Shown here piece after piece: positions 1 to 10,445 of a stretch of 64,000 bases of DNA. The stretch is taken from assembly GCF_963921235.1 (NCBI RefSeq), contig NC_086117.1:16616001-16680000 (forward strand), written 5' to 3'. The stretch is from Mobula hypostoma. Lineage: Eukaryota. Under the pieces are notes generated by a model. That model worked only from the letters and a program-made list of their open reading frames with translations, did no database searches and had not been told where the DNA came from. Numbering within the stretch: position 1 is the stretch's first letter; each line of letters opens with the position of its first letter. The translations under genes and the position numbers were made by a program.

Positions 1-1966
1 GCCAAGGACCCTTACCATTAAATGAGGGGTCCCTGGACCTGTGATTGGGAACCCCTGGTTTAGAGGGATAGAGCACAAAAACGATTAGTTTATGCACATA
101 TCTTGGTCGGAGTGGATGAATTAAGCTGAAGGGCTTGTTTCTATGCTGCATGACTTTATGACCTTTTGTTCCTGGTGATCTCGGCAGTTTCTTGAATCAA
201 CTTGGCTAAATACTGACTTCTACCAATGGTAAAGGTCTCAGGAAGTCACCAGCGCAGACCAGTTCCACCAGAATGCTATCGTGGAATCTTCAGACTTGTT
301 CTTAGCACTCTCTTGCAGGGACTTACTGTCAGTGAGGATGTGAATTTCTTTTTTCAAAGATCTTCCCTCCCATTAGCTGTTCACCAACAATCATGGCTCA
401 ATAGGGCAGGATGGCGAGGTTTGATCTAATTATTTAGTTGTAAGGTCACTTAGTCCTGTTTAGTGCATGGAGCCAGAAGTACACAGAAAGGTGCCGGAAA
501 GAGCCAGCAACATCATGAAGGATCCCACCCACCCTGCTCATGAGCTGCGTCACCCACTCCCATCAGGCAGTGACTTGAGATTTGGGAGGTTGACAACTCA
601 TGACTTGGCCGGTGCTACTCCTGCCTCTCAAAGTTCAGCCCTACGTCCCCAGCATGGGAGGTGGAAATGGGTAAGGCCAGCCATCAGGGCTCTGGTGAAG
701 CTGTGTAGGTCAATCCCCCGTACAGGGGATACAATGGATTACAGAAACATTGATGAACTCCAACCAGACCAACGTCTTTGGACAATGGAGATGGGAGGTC
801 ATCAATGGCCTATGCTCCACTGGGAGGCAAGGACCCGGGAAGTGCCACTCCTAATGTGCCATTCCGCACTCGTCATCGTACTAGTGTTGACAACCACCCA
901 GATTGATCATAATGGCATAGCAAAGAATAGTCCTGGCAATGAGGTTACATATTTCAACGGTCAGCAGGTCTGAGTAACTAGGCCTGTGTGTTCAGAATCT
1001 ATTCCATGTGCCACACAATCCCCATGGAGGCTGCCTCATTGGGAAAACAGGAGGAGGAAAACCTCAGAGAATAGCTAATCTGTGTTTTCAAATTTAGCAT
1101 AAAAATATAAAAGAAGATGAGAACTTTTGCAGTATACTATGAGAAAGTTAAAGAGTGACTATACTGAATACAGTAACTGAACTTGGTAAGATTTAATTTT
1201 TAATTTTACTCTTGATTTATCCATATTACCATTTGTTCCCTCAATTTTGTTCAAGCTTAGTTTTTAAAAGGCAGTCGGTGAGCATGAAGTTTTCTTCATC
1301 TGCTCATTTAAGTGCATTTATTCTGGAGATACTCAAAAGCATTGACTGCATTTATACTGCCTGTATTTAGTTCAATAATGGCAACGTTCTTCGAGTGTAT
1401 TTCAGTTCCCCTCCCAAAACAAATGCTTGCCCACAAGTCTGCACAGAGCATCATTCATGGTTTGTGAAACAAAAAGTAAATGCTTTAGAGTTGGGGTTTC
1501 AGTGAGACCCCGTCCACTAACCGAAGTTTAGACCCCTGCTTTAGAGAATAATGGAGTGGGTCCTCCAACATTTCACAAACCCACATTATTGCAATGTCTG
1601 AGAATGGCTCCTTCAGAGAGCTTATGTAACCACCAAGCAACCGAGTTGTAATTTTCAGAGAAAAGTAAGCACTAATATCAATGCCAGTAATCTAAAATGT
1701 TATTATTGACTGATTGTCCCTTTAGGAGGTCTTATTTTATTAGGAATACTATATGTAAACTTGCATCATTTTGAGATATCTGGTCAAATTTGGCTTTAGG
1801 TTTTAATTAGCAACAAGTCATATATTAGATTCTGTTGGATTGGGTATCCTTTACCCTTATTTCCTCCTCAAGGTGCAGAAAAGACAAACACAACTATTGT
1901 AACATACAAAGGTTAACAAGAAAGCCACTGAAAATTATGCCTTCCAAACATATAATGTAGAATAAT

Positions 1967-1972
1967 TTTATT
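1967..1972 (-). promoter_or_regulatory. Candidate polyadenylation signal (AATAAA) of the LRRC8D-like gene
   Basis: AATAAA on the minus strand about 130 nt after the stop codon. Another lies at 1317-1322. Usage is unverified. Confidence 0.35.
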
Positions 1973-2101
1973 CTTTAGCTTGCTTACATGCCAAAGCATT
2001 GGCAGAATGTTTAGCTGCAAAGTTGGTTTGAAGTTTAGAACTTTTTCCATTTTTGGGATCGGAAGTCAAAAATATTCTTTGCTTTGATCACATACCTTAC
2101 T

Positions 2102-4594
2102 TTATACAAGGTTGTCCAGTTTGGGATATGATGCCTTGTTGGGGATTATTAGTCTGACATCCAGAGGAGCCTCCTGGTTGGACATCAGATTTGCTTTGAC
2201 CGGCATAGGAAGTGTCTCGGATAAGAATTCATCTATTATCAGACCACTATGTTTCAGTTTGCTACACTGTCCAATTTCCACGGGAAGTTCTTCCAAAGGA
2301 TTCCCTTTGAGTTCCAGTTTTGAAAGTAGGGAGCATTGTTGAATCTTTCCACTAAGGGAGGTAAGTAAATTATTGTTCAGCTTTAGAGTCTTGAGCTTCC
2401 TACATTGGAACAACTCATCTGGTAAAGTTTCCAACTTATTGGAGCTCAGATCTAGAAATGTAAGGTACTTGAGGTTTTTAATAGATGTGGGAATGGCCAT
2501 TAGACGGTTGTTACTCAAGTACAGATGATGTAGCTTCTGAATAGCAAATAAACTATTTGGTAGGGTCTCAATCTGATTGTCTGATGCATTAAATTGTTCA
2601 AGGTTGCCGATGAAAAGAAAGGAATCTGGAAGGGAAGTAATTTTGTTGTTACTGAGATTGAGGGAGGACAGTCTTGGTAGTTGCCGGAAAGCTTCAAGTT
2701 CATCCACTTGTCTGAGTTCATTTCCCTGGAGGTTCAATTCTTGCAGATTGGTGAGGCTAAAAATGCCGTGGGGTATATTGTCCAGCTGACAGTTTTGAAG
2801 GTCAAGTCGAGCTAAGTTGAACATGCCCCCCAAATTGTGGAGCACTTCAAGCTTGTTCTTATTATTAAAAATTGACAGCCCTATCAAATGGGGAGCCACA
2901 TACAACACGTTGAAGGGTATCTTTGTGAGGTTGCTATTGATTCGAAGGATTTTCAAATAACGAAGTTCTTTTAAGAATTCTAGTTCCAATGTTTTAGTTT
3001 CTAAATTAATGTTTCCAATCAAGAAAAGCTCTCTGAGTCGGGTCAGTTTATTGATCCATTCAGGCACCTCCTCATGAACCGAAAAAGTGACCAGAAGCGA
3101 ATGCAATTTGTTGCCTAGAAAGAATAAAGCAGTTGGTTTAACGACGACTTTGCAGTTTACAATCGAAAGTTCTTCCAAGTGGATAAGGTGAGTTACCTTG
3201 GAACTTATCTTAATATCAGTGCACAGTTCCATCCTTAAGGCCTGTAACTCAGTCACGTCGTAGACCGCCTGAGGAATTCCTGTTAACATGAAGAGTTGAA
3301 GTTCCAGCTGCTCCTTGTTATTTTGGATTAATTGCTGTCTTACCTTGTCCACAGTCCAGTCGTTATTCAAATTTAACATCTTCAACTTTTTCTCACTTGC
3401 CTCGGACAGGAAGATGCAGAAGCGTGTGCAGTACAGGGGGTCATACTGATCGATCAGATGTAACAAGAAAGCAAAATCGTTCTTTACATTAGGAATGTCG
3501 CTGAACTGGGTTTCACGTTTCTCGAATGAATATTGTTTCAGGGGTGACCTCAAGATCCAGATGAGGGTGCGAAGACAAAGCCCCACATAAATGGTTACCA
3601 AAATCAGATAGAGCAGGATGAGCCTCTGCAACAGAAGGGCGATGCTAAATGTGCAAATAAAAATCTCGTAACCAATCACATTCTCCATGCCGGGGCGACA
3701 TATAATGTCAAAGTTGACATCTTTAATGAATACCATAAAATAACAAAGGATCGCTAAGCACTGCAGGGATTTAAAAACCATTTGTCCAACATAGAGTTTA
3801 TATATGGTGTCCTCTTGCTCTACATGAAACCTGAACTTTCTCACTTTCTCAAACAGGGATTTGGCTTGTTCTCCATCCTTCTTGTCCAGTAATTGGAACT
3901 GCTTCTTTATAACAGACTGCGTCCGTGTTGAGCTTTTAGCAGATTCGCTGATACCTTGGCCTGCCACTGTGCTTTTACGTTTCTCTTGCGCCCGGGTGTT
4001 CATTTCGCTGCTGTTCTCTGTGACGGCCAGAGAGAGGACTTCGGTTGTCCAGGGGGAATCGAAGCACTTCTCCAAGATGAAGACCAGATGCTCTATTTTG
4101 GAGCTTGTTTTGGGATACTTGAACCAGAAATTGCTGCAAATCATCAACGCAACAGTATGGATAAGTATGAAAGAGGAAAAGTGCTTAGAAAACCAGGGAA
4201 CAGCGTGGAAATAACATGCCTGGTTGACATAGCGATACTGTTGATAATCCAAATTTGCCTTGGTGTGTTCAACAGCAAAGATGGCATTTACCCGTGATAT
4301 TTTAATGGATTTTTGATTAATTATTGTATGATGTAAATCGGTTATATTAAAATCAACATGTTTATCTGCCCAGCTTATGTTAGCATCAATAGGTGATGGA
4401 GCACTGTGAGTGGAATTAGCTTTAATTGGTAAACAAATTGTCCTATCCTTGTATATTTGCATGGTGCCCCCAAACACAGCGATCATCAACATGGTCATTG
4501 CCAAATAATCCATGAAGGTATCCCACCATGGTTTGAAGATCCGGAAGGATGGAGGAGATCTAGTTACTGAAGATATTTCTTCCAAGCTGAACAT
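2102..4594 (-). CDS. Divergent LRRC8D-like volume-regulated anion channel subunit (830 aa, single coding exon)
   Basis: Uninterrupted ORF with pannexin-like TM region (KPWWD, SNFWFKYP, SPWTT, LDKKDGEQAK, DIPNVKNDFAFLLHLIDQYDPLY) and a C-terminal LRR domain. D-like traits: N-terminus MFSLEEISS (D: MFTLAEVAS), FMDYL, NLDxQQY, no C57/C65 pair, no coding intron. Splice acceptor (ctctgtgtttag|AA ATG) lies 2 nt before the ATG. Confidence 0.93.
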   Translation of the reverse strand: MFSLEEISSVTRSPPSFRIFKPWWDTFMDYLAMTMLMIAVFGGTMQIYKDRTICLPIKANSTHSAPSPIDANISWADKHVDFNITDLHHTIINQKSIKISRVNAIFAVEHTKANLDYQQYRYVNQACYFHAVPWFSKHFSSFILIHTVALMICSNFWFKYPKTSSKIEHLVFILEKCFDSPWTTEVLSLAVTENSSEMNTRAQEKRKSTVAGQGISESAKSSTRTQSVIKKQFQLLDKKDGEQAKSLFEKVRKFRFHVEQEDTIYKLYVGQMVFKSLQCLAILCYFMVFIKDVNFDIICRPGMENVIGYEIFICTFSIALLLQRLILLYLILVTIYVGLCLRTLIWILRSPLKQYSFEKRETQFSDIPNVKNDFAFLLHLIDQYDPLYCTRFCIFLSEASEKKLKMLNLNNDWTVDKVRQQLIQNNKEQLELQLFMLTGIPQAVYDVTELQALRMELCTDIKISSKVTHLIHLEELSIVNCKVVVKPTALFFLGNKLHSLLVTFSVHEEVPEWINKLTRLRELFLIGNINLETKTLELEFLKELRYLKILRINSNLTKIPFNVLYVAPHLIGLSIFNNKNKLEVLHNLGGMFNLARLDLQNCQLDNIPHGIFSLTNLQELNLQGNELRQVDELEAFRQLPRLSSLNLSNNKITSLPDSFLFIGNLEQFNASDNQIETLPNSLFAIQKLHHLYLSNNRLMAIPTSIKNLKYLTFLDLSSNKLETLPDELFQCRKLKTLKLNNNLLTSLSGKIQQCSLLSKLELKGNPLEELPVEIGQCSKLKHSGLIIDEFLSETLPMPVKANLMSNQEAPLDVRLIIPNKASYPKLDNLV

Positions 4595-5212
4595 TTCTAA
4601 ACACAGAGGATAAATAACATTATTTATTAGAATTGATTCTCAAAGTAAAGCCTGTATCAGTAGCCAAATTTTGAATAGGGTGGTTAAAAAAAAAATCAAG
4701 AACATCATTGAAATGGAGAAATTTGATACTTGCGACACCTTTATCTGAAATACTGTCAGGTTCTGCAAGGTACTGATTGACAGACTTCTGTAAAGACCAT
4801 TACAGCCACGAATACCATTTTATACAGGGCTTTAAACTAATAAAACATCTATTGTTTGAAGTCCCAATGAAGTAACAAAATACAACATCTCAAGCCACAA
4901 ATACTTCAAGGACTGGTTGATGAAAGTCTTGCTGAAAATATATAAGCTGTTGTTGTTGCTTTCTTTTCATGCCTTGTGGCGCATCGGGTGGCATTTTTGC
5001 TGTTTCTGTAGCACTGGAGTTGCTAGCTCAATGCTCAACCCTCAATCCAGCATGGATGGAAAGCTGCATCCAGATTTGATCTCAGGACCTTTTACTTCAA
5101 AGTCTGGTGCTGATGCCACTACACCATCAGCTGGCTATGTAAGCTGTTAGTAAGACCACAATTGGAGTACAGTTTTGACCTTGTTAAAATGAAATGGAAG
5201 GTTCATTAGACT

Positions 5213-6206
5213 CGCAAACATGAGGAAATCTGCAAATGCTGGAATTTCAATCAACACACATAAAAGTTGCTGGTGAACGCAGCAGGCCAGGCAGCATCTA
5301 TAGGAAGAGGTACAGTCGACATTTTGGGCCGAGACCCTTCGTCAGGTACAGTCGATGTTTCGGGCCGAGACTCTTCGTCAGGACTAACTGAAAGAAGGGC
5401 TAGTAAGAGATTTGAAAGTGGGAGGGGGAGGGGGAGATCCGAAATGATAGGAGAAAACAGGAGGGGGAGGGATGGAGTTAATAGCTGTACAGTTGATTGG
5501 CAAAAGGGATATGAGAGGATCATGGGACAGGAGGCCCAAGGAGAAAGAAAGAGGGAGGGGGAAGCCCAGAGGATGGGCAAGGGGTATAGTGAGAGGGACA
5601 GAGGGAGAAAAAGGAGAGAGAGAAAAAGAATGTGTGTGTATATAAATAAATAATGGATGGGGAACAAGGGGGAGGTGGGGCATTAGCGGAAGTTTGAGAA
5701 GTCAATGTTCATGCCATCAGGTTGGAGGCTACCCAGACGGAATATAAGGTGTTGTTCCTCCAACCTGAGTGTGGCTTCATCTTTACAGTAGAGGAGGCCG
5801 TGGATAGACATATAAGAATGGGAATGAGACGTGGAATTAAAATGTGTGGCCACTGGGAGATCATGCTTTCTCTGGCGGACAGAGCGTAGGTGTTTAGCGA
5901 AATGATCTCCCTGTCTGCGTCGGGTCTCGCCAATATATAGAAGGCCGCATCGGGAGCACCGGACGCAGTATATCACCCCAGCCGACTCACAGGTGAAGTG
6001 TCGCCTCACCTGGAAGGACTGTCTGGGGCCCTGAATGGTCGTGAGAGAGGAAGTGTAAGGGCATGTGTAGCACCTGTTCCGCTTACAAGGATAAGTGCCA
6101 GGAGGGAGATTGGTGGGGAGGGTTGGGGGGGACATCTTTCTCTCCCCCCCTTTGCTTTCCGCAGGGATTACTCTCTACGCGACTCTCTTGTCCATTTGTA
6201 CCCCCC
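5213..6206 (-). mobile_element. Penelope-like retroelement (PLE), 3' part with GIY-YIG endonuclease and pseudo-LTR; inverted 5' segment at about 6133-6206
   Basis: ORF 5683-6135 contains CxxxxCxxC...FTCESAGVIYCVRCSRCGLLYIGET...HF (PLE GIY-YIG). The terminus is shared with copies at 6.7, 10.6, 23.1, 28.9, 33.7 and 61.8 kb. Confidence 0.85.
5308..5385 (-). ncRNA. Tandem pair of minimal type I hammerhead ribozyme motifs (36-bp duplication) in the PLE terminus
   Basis: Minus strand reads AGUC-CUGACGA-AGAGUCUCGGCCC-GAAA-CA-UC-GACU, then GUAC-CUGACGA-AGGGUCUCGGCCC-AAAA-UG-UC-GACU. Stem I is AGUC/GACU. The second core has G12->A. Confidence 0.65.
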
Positions 6207-6736
6207 AATATGTCAATATGTCTATGTCTACAAGAAGTGGGAAGAATTTACCTGAACCTAGTGATAAAGGTAATGGGAAAGGAAAGGTGCAAAAGGAAAG
6301 ATCTGATGAAATGCCATCGTGGGCTGAAGATATCGTTCGGACACTGAATTCAATTAAGGATCAGAATGGATCAATTAAAGACCAACTGGAAAAGAATAGT
6401 AATGAAATGAAGTCATTTCTGGGAAAACTTAAAGACCTGGAAACTCAAGTTATTTCACACGAAGAGGAATTGAAGATAACTAAGCAAAAGTTGTCTGAAG
6501 CTATAACTCGTTTGGAAAGATATCAAAATAAGATTATAGACCTGGAAACTAAGTCTCGACAAAGGAATATAAGAATTGTTGGGCTGCAGGAAGGAGCTGA
6601 AGATGGAGATTTAACGGCTTACTTTGGTAAGCTTTTCCACACTTTATTTCCTACCATTCTATCAAAGCCGCCTGCTATAGAAAGGGCACACAGGGCGTTT
6701 ATCTCCAAATTGAAGGATTCTAGTAAACCAAGATCT

Positions 6737-6770
6737 GTCCTGACGAAGGGTCTCGGCCTGAAACGTCGAC
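6737..6770 (+). ncRNA. Minimal type I hammerhead ribozyme motif with intact core
   Basis: GUC-CUGACGA-AGG(GUCUCGG)CCU-GAAA-CG-UC-GAC. Stem I is GUC/GAC, stem II is AGG/CCU, and stem III is palindromic ACGU. Predicted cleavage follows GUC at 6767. Confidence 0.75.
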
Positions 6771-6867
6771 TGCACCTCTTCCTATAGATGCTGCTTGGCC
6801 TGCTGCGTTCACCAGCAACTTTGATGTATGTTGCTTGAATTTCCAGCATCTGCAGAATTCCTGTTGT
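6737..6867 (+). mobile_element. Short PLE terminus inserted in L1 ORF1
   Basis: Reverse-complement match to 5213-5345. It splits L1 ORF1 SKPRSV|LVCFHHF, with CTG repeated at both junctions. Confidence 0.85.
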
Positions 6868-9800
6868 CTGGTTTGCTTTCATCACTTTAAAATTAAAGAT
6901 CAAATAATACGACAGGCAAGAAAACAGAGAGTTTTTAGATTTATGGAGTCTGAGCTCCGCTTCTACGAAGATTATCCAAGAGAGATAATGGAACAAAGAT
7001 CAAAATTTGCCCTGGTAATGAAACAAGCATATGATAGGAATCTTTTCCCATCTTTGAGGTATCCAACAAGATTTAAAATTCCCCCCCCAATTCTCCTCCT
7101 CGTACTTTTTTTTGATCCAAAAGCTGCACTGGATTTTGTTCAGGTTTTACCTGCCGCTGTCACAGACACCACTGTTGAATGATCCATCTGAAAGGCTGTT
7201 TGGCTATTTGTATATTATTCACATTTTGGAAAGAATATTTATGAAGGTCACTTGTATATTTCATCGAGAGACTAATTAAAGAACACAGGGAGTTGTTCTT
7301 TATTGCATATTATTGGTTTTCCTTTGGAAAGATTTATGGTTTAAGTATCTCTGCTCAAATGATCTCTGGACATTTTATGACTGAGGGAAGAAGATAAAGC
7401 GACTTGTTCCTTTAATTTAATACTTCATAGCTAATTGGTAGTTTTTCCTACTAATAGGGCTTTTTATATATTTTTCTGTTTTATTATAACATTTTATAAT
7501 TGAATTTAAAGCTTTTTTAGGGAATTAATATTAAACTTAAACATGGCGCTGGTTTTTCTCTCTAAGAGATGACATTATCTTGGTTCTTTCTTGTTTATCA
7601 GTCGATGGAATGTAAATTCCTTTTTTTGCTGAGACTTTATTGTCTTTTTCACAAGGTTACTCTACTTTTTTACTAACTGGGGGGAGGGAAAGAAAACACA
7701 GACAGAGCAGTCAGTAGCTTTGAATTCTATCGTAGATCGCTTGCCCTTTTCGGGTTTCCGGGTGTGGGTGGGTGGGTTTAGAGTTAGTTTTTTCCCATTG
7801 GGTGGTTCCGGAGCATGCGTGTTTTTTATTTGGTTGTATTCTTCATCACTGCCATCTTTGATCATCCTGCATTGGTATGTGCTTTGTGCATGCATAAAGT
7901 AGAATGAAATTATAGTATGCTGTTCAAACGGATTAATATAGTAAGTTGGAATGTACGTGGTTGGAATCATCCTATTAAACGAAAGAAGACTTTTAAAATT
8001 TTTAACCGATTCCAACCTGATATAATTTTTGCTCAAGAGACACATATCAGGGCGGGAGATCAAAATAGATTTTTTAGATGGTGGGATGGTTTGCAATTCC
8101 ACTCTACTTCTCAGAGTAAAACAAAAGGCGTGTCTATTTTCATTAAACCTAATATATTTATTCAAGAGGATATTGAATCAGATTCTAATGGTAAATTTTT
8201 AATTGTTAAAGGAACAATCTGTAACAGAAAAGTTGTTTTGGTTAATTTGTATGGTCCTAACTTAGATGATCCTTCTTTTTTTAAAAAGGTATTTGCTTTA
8301 CTGCCTGACTTAAATGAATATATTCTCATAATGGGTGGAGATTTTAATTGTTGTTTAAATCCTATGATTGATAAGAGCTCAACCAATCAGCGACTTCCAA
8401 ATCGATCTGCGTCATTTATTAACTCCTTTTTGATTGATTTTGGGTTGATTGATTTGTGGAGGTATCTTCATCCTGACTATAGAGAATATTCTTTCTTCTC
8501 ACACGTTTATAAAAAATATTCGAGGATCGATTATATTATAAGCGATCCCCGCTTCTTGTCTAGTGTTAAAACTTGCGAATATGACGCTATTGCTATATCT
8601 GATCATGCGCCTCTGAGTTTGTCTTTTGAATTTGATAATGTCACTCTTGTCCACCCACCTTGGCGCATGTCTCAGACATTATTGCAAAACTCTGACTGTC
8701 ACTTTCATTGAAACCCAGATAAAAGAATTTTTTTCTTTTTAATGATATAGGGGGTATGTCTAAATTAGTTATATGGGATACATTTAAAGCATTTTTACGT
8801 GGTCAGATTATTTCTTATTCAGCTAAGCTTAAAAAACAAACTAAAGCAGAATTATATAGAATTTCAAAACAAATTAAAGACTTAGATAATATTTATGCAA
8901 TTTCCCCCAATACTGATTTATTTAAACAAAGGGTGGAACTTCAATCACAATATAACCTGTTATTAACTCATCCCATTGAAGGTTATTTGCTTAAGTTAAA
9001 GAGTCAATTTTGTATGTCTGGAGATAAAAATAATAAACTGCTTGCATCTCAATTAAAAATGGCAGCAGCCAAAAGGCAAATCATGAAAATTCGTAGGAAA
9101 GATGGTACCTTAGCTCAGGAATATGAGGAAATTAATAAGATTTTTCAAGACTTTTATGCTCAGCAATATAAATCTCAATGTCCATTAGATTCCTCTAAAA
9201 TGAATGCTTTTTTATGAAAGATTGTTTTTCCTAAAATCTTGGCTGAGGATCAAAAGGTTCTCGATGCTCAAATTACTGAAGCCGAAATTCATAAAGCTAT
9301 TTTTTCAATGCAATCTGGTAAGTCCCCAGGACTTGATGGCTACCCCGTAGAATTTTATTAAAAATTTGGAAAGTTGCTCTCTCTGTATATGTTGGAAATG
9401 TTTAAGGATTCTTTTGTGAAAGGTGACTTACTCTCTACTTTTTATGAGGCCTCTATTTCTTTAATTTTAAGATAAAGATCCTACTGACTGTGCTTCATAT
9501 AGACCTATTTCATTACTGAATGTTGACGCTAAGATTTTGTCAAAGATAATGACCAATCGGTTGGAGAATATTTTGGGTAAAATTATTTGTAAAGATCAAA
9601 CAGGCTTTATAAAGGGTCGCTATTCGGAGACTACTTAACATTATATATTCATCCTCTTCTAAAATTCCACAATGTGTTGTATCTTTGGATGCTGAAATAG
9701 CGTTCTGCTCCTATATCTTATGGTCTTAATAGTGTGAAAATGGGTGCTCGATATATCCGCAGTGTGCTGAAGGAGCAATTTCTGCTCTGTATCTCTTTCT

Positions 9801-10445
9801 AACTACGATACTACAAACACAAATTTAGGAATTAATTCTTGTATTTTGAGACATAATTTACCTTCTGGAGTTTATCCCTTCTTCTTGCCTTTCCACTCAT
9901 GTGTTCTAGCTCTTGTGTTCCTATGGGTGCCTGCAGCCTTCAGATACCTCAACTGCAAGAAAATTCTCATCAGTGAATGTCCACAAACTTTAGCTTTAGT
10001 GACAATTCACTCAAACCAGTTACTAGCTTTTCAACACTAAACCTGCTCTCATTGTCTCTGCTCAGGAAAAATAAAAGCTGAAAGCTGATTTATGTCCAAA
10101 CTTCACTCTAACAATTGTAAGAGGCTTCTTAATGTTTATATACGTACAGCTTGGTGTACCCTTGTTCCTGCTTCCCGCCTCAGAGAAGTGCCTTGAAGGA
10201 TACAGTGGATTGTACTTGTTTCTGTTATTCATTACAGTATGTCACAGAACAGATTGGAACCTACAGCTCTGTCCATTTATGAGGGAACTCACAGTAGGTT
10301 CCAAGACTTGCTATGTATAAGAATGTCTTTTGTGATGTTTATGGAATATCCATTTTTTTTTTTAGCATTTTGAGAAAGAACTAGTGTCATTATGATCTGT
10401 CTTAGACAAGGCATGATTATGTCACTATATTAATGGAATTAATGA

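Larger units (their letters stand above)
6218..9700 (+). mobile_element. L1-clade LINE, degenerate and 3'-truncated (ORF1 about 6218-7182 interrupted; ORF2 from about 7917)
   Basis: ORF1 coiled-coil plus RRM (SRQRNIRIVGLQEGAE, IERAHR). ORF2 APE endonuclease (SWNVRG, AQETH, GGDFN, SRIDY, SDH). RT start motifs (KSPGLDG, YRPISLLNVDAKIL, QTGFIKGR) occur with frameshifts and stops, and the element ends at VVSLDAE. Confidence 0.9.

Noticed and set aside
467-973. 168-aa ORF as a host gene
   Set aside because: It starts in a Rex-type LINE 3' fragment, has no recognisable domain, and lies antisense just downstream of the D-like gene.
2105-2116. C-terminal DNLV as a PDZ-binding motif
   Set aside because: The residue at -2 is Asn, which fits none of the standard PDZ classes.
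3861-4297. Plus-strand ORFs overlapping the LRRC8 genes and CR1 elements
   Set aside because: They are antisense shadows of real coding frames with no independent motifs.
5308-5385. 36-bp direct repeats as a CRISPR-like array
   Set aside because: There are only two adjacent units, no spacers and no cas genes, in a eukaryotic context. A local duplication in a PLE terminus explains them.
6095-6787. 230-aa ORF as a novel PLE-L1 fusion gene
   Set aside because: It is a chance in-frame read-through of PLE sequence into an interrupted L1 ORF1, with no sign of domestication.
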